Shown here: positions 58,091 to 64,000 of the stretch, piece by piece | Numbering within the stretch: position 1 is the first letter of the stretch | How the letters are laid out: the number at the start of each line of letters is the position of its first letter | NCBI GenBank assembly: GCA_016871535.1 | Contig: VHCZ01000005.1 | Coordinates: 530 to 64,529 of the forward strand | Direction: 5' to 3' | DNA: 64,000 nt | Source of the DNA: Verrucomicrobiota bacterium | GTDB lineage: Bacteria; Verrucomicrobiota; Verrucomicrobiia; Limisphaerales; SIBE01 | Program-made: the position numbers and the translations under genes | Notes under the pieces: generated by a model | Databases searched by the model: none | Told to the model about the DNA's origin: nothing | What the model saw: the letters and a program-made list of their open reading frames with translations, nothing else

Positions 58091-59104
58091 CTACTCAAAA
58101 TGGCTCTCCAGAATGACCTCGTGGGCCTTCAACGGCACGCGGAGCCTGCGGCCAACTAACCGCTGAGCTGCCGAAGGCGGCAATCCGCCCATCGGTCGAA
58201 CGTATTCCAGGTCGGCCAGCGCCAATCGATCTCCCAGAGCCAGATCTCGCGCCGCGACGATACAGCGTCGCATCGTTGCCGCGGATTCCAACTCCGCCGG
58301 CGATGGACGTTTTTCGCCGTTTCCCAAGATCGCGTCCGCGTTGCGAGTGATCGCAGCCAGTCGACGCAGGTCCTCTGGATCGGCGGATAAGGCATGATCT
58401 CTAAACGAATCCCGCTTCTTATCGAGTGTGAAGTGCTTTTCAATGATGCGAGACCCCAAGGCCAAGGCGAGCAGTGCCGCCTCAATCCCCAACGTGTGAT
58501 CGGAGTAGCCGACTGTTAACCCAAACTCCGCCCGCAGGGTTTGGATGGCCCGAAGATTCGCTTCCTGGAGGGGGGTCGGATACATGCTCACGCAATGAAG
58601 CAAGGCAAGTCTGGAAGACAGCGATTGCTCACGGGGAAGATGTCTCGCAATCTCGTTTACGGCCACGTTGATTTCCGGCAGGCTCCACGTCCCGGTCGAG
58701 AGGAAGATAGGCTTCCCCAGCCTCGCCGCTCTCGCAAGAAGCGGCCAGAAATCCAAATCACCTGACGCGATCTTGACTGCGGCAACGAGGTCGCTGATCT
58801 CGTCCAGAGACTGTTCATCGAAGGCTGAGGCCATGAACAAAACACCTTTGGCGTTGGCCGCAGCCGCCAAATCAGCGAAGACTGAATGCGGAAGCCGGAA
58901 TCGCGACAACTGCTTGATCCGCGCCGCCTGCGACCGATTGACCAATCGGTCCGGCCTGATGACCTGGACTTTGACCGCGCCGGCTCCGGATTCAGCGGCG
59001 GCCTGGACGAGTTCCAATGCCAGCCGGGGGTCTCCTTCATGATTGTTGCCGATTTCGGCAACCAGCAGAACTTCGCGTTCCAGATCAACTGAGCCAACTT
59101 TCAT
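58091..59104 (-). CDS. nonulosonic acid synthase (NeuB/PseI/LegI family) with C-terminal SAF domain
   Basis: LLVAEIGNNHEGDPRLALELVQAAAESGAGAVKVQ, YSDHTLG, and C-terminal RRCIVAARDLALGDRLALADLEYVRP. Start at ATG 59104 (ATGA overlap with the GNAT gene) gives 337 aa, the usual family size. I discard the track's 66-aa N-terminal extension. Confidence 0.88.
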   Translation of the reverse strand: MKVGSVDLEREVLLVAEIGNNHEGDPRLALELVQAAAESGAGAVKVQVIRPDRLVNRSQAARIKQLSRFRLPHSVFADLAAAANAKGVLFMASAFDEQSLDEISDLVAAVKIASGDLDFWPLLARAARLGKPIFLSTGTWSLPEINVAVNEIARHLPREQSLSSRLALLHCVSMYPTPLQEANLRAIQTLRAEFGLTVGYSDHTLGIEAALLALALGSRIIEKHFTLDKKRDSFRDHALSADPEDLRRLAAITRNADAILGNGEKRPSPAELESAATMRRCIVAARDLALGDRLALADLEYVRPMGGLPPSAAQRLVGRRLRVPLKAHEVILESHFE

Positions 59105-59862
59105 GGTCCAACCGATCCTTTCTCCACGTGGGCATGCAACACGTAGGTCGTCTCGCTCGTGCGGAATCCGCAGCGTTCGTACAGGCGGATCGACGGGACA
59201 TTCGCAGCCTGCGTGCCCACTCTTAATGATGCGGCTCGGCCGGCCGACTGCGCGATGAAGGTCTGCACCAGCCTTCGCCCTACGCCGCGGCCTTGACAGC
59301 ACTTCGCGACTCCCACGAGATCAATAACGCGCTCTCGTCCTTTGTGCCCGGTCCTGCTCAGGATGGCCAGGAAGCCGACAAGTGCTCCCTCTTCTTCTGC
59401 CACCAGCAGCCGATCCCCGCGAGTGCCCTGGAAGTAGCTGTCTGCCCAGGCGCGTTTGACCGAATCAGCGAGAGCACGTGGAATTCGTGGATCGAGATGA
59501 AAGCGAGAATACGCAAAGCAACTTGCTGCGATTCCCAGCACGGCTTCTCGGTCACGCAGTTCAAAATCCCGAACCAGTGGATCGATTGATCCTGGAACTG
59601 AAGCCGGACCCGGCTCGCGTTCGAGTGAGACGTTGACGTCCACGACTCTGAATCCCACCTGAGTCAAAGCATTCACTTGATCGATCCGTCGCGTAGGAAC
59701 CCTGGCAAAATAGAAAGCCGGGCGTCCCTGGGAAGTCTCGCGAAGAAATGCTTCTAAACGAGCCCTTGCATCCGGTTCGCCCTCGGATTCGTCGAGGGTC
59801 ACCTTGAAGACGGGATAACCAAATACCTGGCTAAGCCACGCATCAGGCTCGAACTTCATCAA
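59101..59862 (-). CDS. GNAT-family N-acetyltransferase (PseH/WecD-like)
   Basis: Acetyl-CoA motif VGVAKCCQGRGVGRRLVQTF and ANVPSIRLYERCGFR. Positioned between sugar aminotransferase/dehydratase genes and the NulO synthase. Confidence 0.8.
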   Translation of the reverse strand: MMKFEPDAWLSQVFGYPVFKVTLDESEGEPDARARLEAFLRETSQGRPAFYFARVPTRRIDQVNALTQVGFRVVDVNVSLEREPGPASVPGSIDPLVRDFELRDREAVLGIAASCFAYSRFHLDPRIPRALADSVKRAWADSYFQGTRGDRLLVAEEEGALVGFLAILSRTGHKGRERVIDLVGVAKCCQGRGVGRRLVQTFIAQSAGRAASLRVGTQAANVPSIRLYERCGFRTSETTYVLHAHVEKGSVGP

Positions 59863-59933
59863 GTGCGTTGCAAGGCTTACGACGACCTATGGACGCCGGC
59901 GGGGGCGTCAAGGAATCGATTTGGAGAAGCGCC

Positions 59934-60980
59934 TCAGGCCGCCATCCGGTCTTCCCGCCAATAGTGGTAATCCTTTTGAAGCTTCTTGTACCAGTGAATG
60001 TAGTTGGTAAACCCTACTTCAATCGGGTACTGCGGCTCATATCCGAGTAGTTCCCGAGCTTTGCGGATGCTCAAAGTGCCCCGATACGGCATCAGTTTGT
60101 CGCGTTCCACGTACTGGACTGGGGATTCGGGAAATGCCTCCCGAATGATCGCCACCAACTCGTTCACGGATCGGGATTGGCCAAACGTTAAATTGAAGAT
60201 TTGGTTCCTCGCGTTGGGATTCGTAATGGCCAGTTCAATCCCGGCGGCGAGGTCGCCAATGAAAGTGAAGTCCAGTTTCTCCGATCCGTCACCGTCCACC
60301 CGCAATGCTCCGCCGCTCATCGCGCTTTCGATGAAGATTTGCCCAACCCGTCGGCTGACACAGCGTGGACCATACAGTGCGGAGGGCCGGATGATCGTGT
60401 AAGGCAAGTCAAACACCTGCTGGTATGCGATCACCATCTTTTCCCCGGCCACCTTCAACGCACCGTAGATTCCAATGGGCTCCAGAGGATGCTCTTCGCT
60501 GACTTCCTCCGTGAGAAAATTGCCATACACCATGCTCGAAGAAAAATAAATGAACTGCTCGACCTGCCCGCGAGCGTTGTCGAGGGCGTTTTCCAGTGTC
60601 CGCAAGCTGTGGTCAAACGTGCTGTATGGGTCTTTGTTCGAGCGCCCGGCGTGCGAAACCGCGGCTAGGTGGACGATCACATGCGGGCGAACCTTGGCCA
60701 GCACATGACTCAACCCGTGATAATCACGCGCATCCTGAATGTGGAGCTGGATGCCCGCTTCACGGAGCAAATCCAATCGCTGGTTGATGATCTGAAGATA
60801 AAGATCGCGGTTATGAAAGTCGGTGTTGCCGGACACGAACGTCAGGAGATTATTTACCTGGAGCCCGTCAATTATTTCCACGTGCGCCCCTTGCCGGGCC
60901 AGGCTGAGCGCCAGATTATGACCAATAAACCCGGCGCCGCCAATCAACGCGATCCGCCGCTTCTTCAGCTCGATCTTCAT
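59934..60980 (-). CDS. NAD-dependent sugar epimerase/dehydratase (extended SDR)
   Basis: IALIGGAGFIGHNL (GxxGxxG), YGALKVAGE (YxxxK), ~348 aa. Confidence 0.9.
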   Translation of the reverse strand: MKIELKKRRIALIGGAGFIGHNLALSLARQGAHVEIIDGLQVNNLLTFVSGNTDFHNRDLYLQIINQRLDLLREAGIQLHIQDARDYHGLSHVLAKVRPHVIVHLAAVSHAGRSNKDPYSTFDHSLRTLENALDNARGQVEQFIYFSSSMVYGNFLTEEVSEEHPLEPIGIYGALKVAGEKMVIAYQQVFDLPYTIIRPSALYGPRCVSRRVGQIFIESAMSGGALRVDGDGSEKLDFTFIGDLAAGIELAITNPNARNQIFNLTFGQSRSVNELVAIIREAFPESPVQYVERDKLMPYRGTLSIRKARELLGYEPQYPIEVGFTNYIHWYKKLQKDYHYWREDRMAA

Positions 60981-62140
60981 ACGTTAGTCTCTTCTTTCAC
61001 GATGCTTACAAACGCCTGGGCGACGTAGTCGATATCCGCTGTCGTCAGATGTGGACCGACAGGCAGAGCGATCGATTGGTCGCTGATCGCCTCTGCGGAG
61101 CAACAAGCTTGCCGGTTGTAGCCATACTTCGCCCGGTAATACGTCATTCGGGGCACCGGTTGGGGGTAGTACACGCTGGTTCCCACGCCAACCGTGTTCA
61201 GCCGGGCAATCACGCGATTCCTGAACTCGACCGAGGCCTTCTCCAGAACCACGCTCAGGCAGTAATGACTGTTGGCCATTTGCTGATCCTGGGAATCCAA
61301 AACTCGGACCTCACGCAAAGAGGACAAGCCACTTCTCAGCCGTTCAAAGTTTTCCTTACGGATCGCCAGGTTTTGCCTCATCCGCCGCAACTGGGACCGG
61401 CCCAATGCTGCCTGCATTTCGCTCATTCGGTAATTCAATCCCAGGGTCGGCACGTCGTACATCCCCGGAATCGCACGCTCAGAATGCTTGCGGTCCACCC
61501 CAAAGGCCCTCAGCTTGCTCACCGCCTCTGCGACTGACGGGTGCCGGCTGACAAACATTCCGCCTTCTCCGGTGGTAAGATGCTTGACGGGATAGAACGA
61601 AAAACAACCCGCATCACCCCATAGGCCGACATGCTTGCCTCGGCAGTGCGAGCCCAAGGCGATAGCGCAGTCTTCAATGATTCGCAGCCCGTGCAGTTCG
61701 GCCAGGGAAACGATCCCGGCCATCTCACAGGGGATCCCAACGAAATGCACCATCGAGACCGCCTTTGTCCGTCGAGTGATGGCTTTGGCGATGGCGTCTG
61801 CTGTCACGTTGCCGGTTCGCGGATCGCAATCCACAAAAACCGGTCTGGCACCGACCCACTCGACCGCATGCGCAGTGGCGGTGTGGGTTTGGGCTGGCAC
61901 GATGACTTCATCCCCGGGACCGATGCCGAAGTGGAGATAAGCCAGGTGCAGCGCCGCCATGCACGAACTGACCGAAACACAATGAGCGCCTTCGCCCAGA
62001 AACGCTCCGAATTCTTCCTCGAACGCCTTGCAATGCGGTCCGTGGGTTAGAATGTGGCCGTTCAGAACTTCAAGCACCGCCTGGCGGTCGTCCTCCGTGA
62101 TCCAGGGGCGGGCGAACGGAATCTGCCGCGCGTCACTCAT
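60977..62140 (-). CDS. DegT/DnrJ/EryC1/StrS-family sugar aminotransferase
   Basis: IPFARPWITEDDRQAVLEVLNGHILTHGPHCKAFEEEF and SFYPVKHLTTGEGG (PLP lysine). Confidence 0.92.
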   Translation of the reverse strand: MSDARQIPFARPWITEDDRQAVLEVLNGHILTHGPHCKAFEEEFGAFLGEGAHCVSVSSCMAALHLAYLHFGIGPGDEVIVPAQTHTATAHAVEWVGARPVFVDCDPRTGNVTADAIAKAITRRTKAVSMVHFVGIPCEMAGIVSLAELHGLRIIEDCAIALGSHCRGKHVGLWGDAGCFSFYPVKHLTTGEGGMFVSRHPSVAEAVSKLRAFGVDRKHSERAIPGMYDVPTLGLNYRMSEMQAALGRSQLRRMRQNLAIRKENFERLRSGLSSLREVRVLDSQDQQMANSHYCLSVVLEKASVEFRNRVIARLNTVGVGTSVYYPQPVPRMTYYRAKYGYNRQACCSAEAISDQSIALPVGPHLTTADIDYVAQAFVSIVKEETNV

Positions 62141-63168
62141 ACGTATTGAATTTCGATCTTTTGATCTTTCGCCATCGCGTCATCAGCCCCAACGCAGGCG
62201 CTGATGACGTCAAATTCGCGCTGGGCCTCGGCCTCGGTCTTGTCCGGATCGAGAATTCCTCGAATGAATCCGGGAATGAGGTCGCCCTTGGAAGCGGGGA
62301 GCGGCGGCAAATCGATCTTCCTCGCCGCCACGCCGGGCTCACGCGCGTCGTGAATCCGGGGGCCTTGATCGTCATAAACGAATGTCTTCTTGGTGCCGAA
62401 AATACGGACGATATGATGATGCCGGTGCACGCAGCCAAAATTCGCTGTGATCCGCCCAACCATTCCGGACGAGAACTGGAAAGTGGCTGCGTGGAAATCC
62501 GGGTAGCAAAAGGCCGTCCCGGTCGTGCAGATCCTGTTGCCCGAGGCCGTAACAGAATCGGGTTTTTGTCCGGTGATCCACAGCATGAGATCGACCAGAT
62601 GCACCCCGCCTCCCAGCATCACCGAGTAATTCGAAACGTCCTTTCGCCAGCCCTGCGTGATCTTGCCGAGCCGTCCGTAGAGGTAATCTCCGTCAAACGC
62701 GTAAATCTCGCCGAACTCGCCCTGTTGAATCACCGCTTTCAACCAGAGGCAGAGCGGCGCGGCTCGCAGAACCAGATTCGAGACCAGCCGCCGTCCGCCG
62801 CTCTCGATCCACGTTTGCTTGAGCGCGCGCACTTCATCGAGCGTGCGGCACAGCGGTTTTTCGACAAAAACATGCTTGGCCGCCCGCAGCGCTTGCACCG
62901 CCTGGCCAAAGTGAGCGTCGTCAAACGAGGCGATGGAAATGATCTGGACTTCCGGATCGGACACGATCGTTTCAAAATCCGGCGCCGCGGCTCCCACGCC
63001 CAGTTTTTCGGCAAGCGTTCGGGCGCGGGCAGGCTCCAGATCATAGAGCCATCGAATCTGGCACGTGGGAAGACTGCGAAAAGCGACCGCGTGTTGTTCG
63101 CCGACGCCCAACCCGCAAACCGCGACCGTCAAGGGCTTTCTCACAGAGTGGATTGGGCTGCTGACCAT
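62137..63168 (-). CDS. Gfo/Idh/MocA-family oxidoreductase
   Basis: N-terminal Rossmann LTVAVCGLGVGEQHAVAFRSL...AAKHVFVEKPL is the family signature. Confidence 0.85.
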   Translation of the reverse strand: MVSSPIHSVRKPLTVAVCGLGVGEQHAVAFRSLPTCQIRWLYDLEPARARTLAEKLGVGAAAPDFETIVSDPEVQIISIASFDDAHFGQAVQALRAAKHVFVEKPLCRTLDEVRALKQTWIESGGRRLVSNLVLRAAPLCLWLKAVIQQGEFGEIYAFDGDYLYGRLGKITQGWRKDVSNYSVMLGGGVHLVDLMLWITGQKPDSVTASGNRICTTGTAFCYPDFHAATFQFSSGMVGRITANFGCVHRHHHIVRIFGTKKTFVYDDQGPRIHDAREPGVAARKIDLPPLPASKGDLIPGFIRGILDPDKTEAEAQREFDVISACVGADDAMAKDQKIEIQYV

Positions 63169-63803
63169 TGTTCCAGCCGGCGCAGATCCTCGATCGTATC
63201 CACAGCGAGGCTTTGCTCCGCCAGTTTTGGATTGGCCGATACGATGTTGACGATGCGATATCGCTCCGGGTGGGTGTAGAAGACTTTCGTCGCGTGCTCC
63301 TGCTCCTCTTCCGACAGCGTTCCCGGGTCGATCTCAGCGAAGGTCGCGGAATTGACCAATTCCAGGCTTTGACCCCGCGGAAACGTCCGGCGCTGGATGT
63401 TGGTCACCAGATCGACATCACGAGCCCGTTCGGACAGCATCCGGTTGACTAAACTCGGGTCCAACAGCGGACTATCGGCGCACACGCGGAAAAACCATCC
63501 GCACGGGAAACTGCTTAAAGATTCTCGAAAGCGCAAGAACACGTTTTCCAACGGCCCGCGGAAGACGGCGACGCCCAGGCCTGTTGCATAGGCGGCCAAA
63601 GGATCATCTGAGGCATCCGTGGAAGTTGCGACCACGATGCGATCTCGCGGCACAGCTTGCGAAAGCCTCTCCACCACGTGACGAATAATTGGGCGCCCGA
63701 GAAACGGAGCCAGGACCTTCCCCGGAAACCGGCTGGAACTGGTTCTGGCCTGGACGAAGACACGCGTGTCATCCATGGCTGCTCGTCGGTTCGCCGGAAT
63801 CAT
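63141..63803 (-). CDS. SpsF/FlmC-type cytidylyltransferase-like protein
   Basis: VFVQARTSSSRFPGKVLAPFLGRPIIRHVVERL matches the SpsF-type signature (QAR..SsR.PgK). Start chosen at ATG 63803 (ATGA overlap with the upstream partial ORF); alternatives are 63824 and 63776. Confidence 0.8.
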   Translation of the reverse strand: MIPANRRAAMDDTRVFVQARTSSSRFPGKVLAPFLGRPIIRHVVERLSQAVPRDRIVVATSTDASDDPLAAYATGLGVAVFRGPLENVFLRFRESLSSFPCGWFFRVCADSPLLDPSLVNRMLSERARDVDLVTNIQRRTFPRGQSLELVNSATFAEIDPGTLSEEEQEHATKVFYTHPERYRIVNIVSANPKLAEQSLAVDTIEDLRRLEQWSAAQSTL

Positions 63804-64000
63804 GCCGCGAGTTCCGGGGCGCAAGGGGAGTTCCTGGCGCCCGTGCCGGCCGCGAATTCCAACTCAGCCTCGGCGGCCGGGTGCGACGGATGCAACCTGC
63901 GCAGAGCATCGATCGCAAACTCGTGGGTTTGCGGATCTTTGCAGACACGGGCGAGGTGCGCCAGCGCGAGTAACCCGCGCCCAACAATTCTTGAATCCGC
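63800..64000 (-). CDS. C-terminal end of an upstream gene (helical, TPR-like tail)
   Basis: My translation of the - strand frame entering at 64000 is ADSRIVGRGLLALAHLARVCKDPQTHEFAIDALRRLHPSHPAAEAELEFAAGTGARNSPCAPELAA-stop (TGA at 63802..63800). It is open-ended, so it is not in the ORF track. Confidence 0.35.
   Translation of the reverse strand, partial: ADSRIVGRGLLALAHLARVCKDPQTHEFAIDALRRLHPSHPAAEAELEFAAGTGARNSPCAPELAA

Noticed and set aside
59105-59302. 66-aa N-terminal extension of the NeuB-like ORF (and the similar extensions 51019-51237 and 44045-44164)
   Set aside because: The extensions overlap the upstream genes, are Arg/Pro-rich, and are absent from the family's usual length. Internal ATGs give ATGA overlaps or short gaps together with canonical N-termini.
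63769-63987. 72-aa - strand track ORF at the right edge
   Set aside because: Arg/Pro/Ser-rich junk-like sequence. A different - strand frame gives a helical, TPR-like C-terminus ending in an ATGA overlap with the next gene, so I prefer that frame.

Overview
GC-rich bacterial chromosomal window. The repeat families give me a PVC/Verrucomicrobia-like impression, which I cannot verify. All domain calls are by eye from the supplied translations and all motif coordinates were counted by hand. No searches were run.

Left part (1-19.5 kb, mostly + strand):
- a small ParA-like ATPase translationally coupled to a proline-rich ORF
- an RmuC-like gene that lacks the nuclease half
- an unplaced 466-aa gene
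- an operon of a secreted Pro-rich protein, a TPR protein, a small coiled-coil ORF and an NtrC-type sigma54 activator
- late flagellar genes: fliD, a lipoprotein, flgM, fliS, a coiled-coil ORF, then flgF-G-A-H-I-J(rod-binding only)-N-K-L
- recognisable sigma54 (-24/-12) and sigma28 promoter motifs

Right part (19.5-64 kb, entirely on the - strand, convergent on flgL): a tightly packed glycan-biosynthesis island of about 44.5 kb with many ATGA overlaps. In transcription order it carries:
- a nonulosonic-acid-type gene set: SpsF-like and NeuA-like cytidylyltransferases, Gfo/Idh/MocA oxidoreductase, DegT aminotransferase, SDR epimerase/dehydratase, GNAT, NeuB-like synthase
- three AsnB paralogs plus a PseA/WbuX-type amidotransferase
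- an LbH-carrier-FAAL fusion with a stand-alone LbH paralog
- two radical SAM enzymes with truncated SPASM/twitch motifs
- a 660-aa unknown with a C9 tract
- a HisC-like aminotransferase and an FkbM methyltransferase
- two tandem B12-radical SAM genes followed by a 90-aa ORF that looks like an NHLP/Nif11-type RiPP leader with a GG site
- two giant glycosyltransferase-TPR proteins of 4430 aa and 1163 aa

The interdomain linkers of the giants are built from in-frame palindromic elements and heptanucleotide-periodic repeats. An A10 run sits exactly where a -1 shift would fuse the two giant ORFs. Sigma54- and sigma28-type promoters inside the island suggest co-regulation with the flagellum, so flagellin glycosylation is the leading hypothesis.

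Most interesting: the RiPP-like rSAM module, the repeat-linked mega-glycosyltransferase, and the slippery homopolymer tracts.
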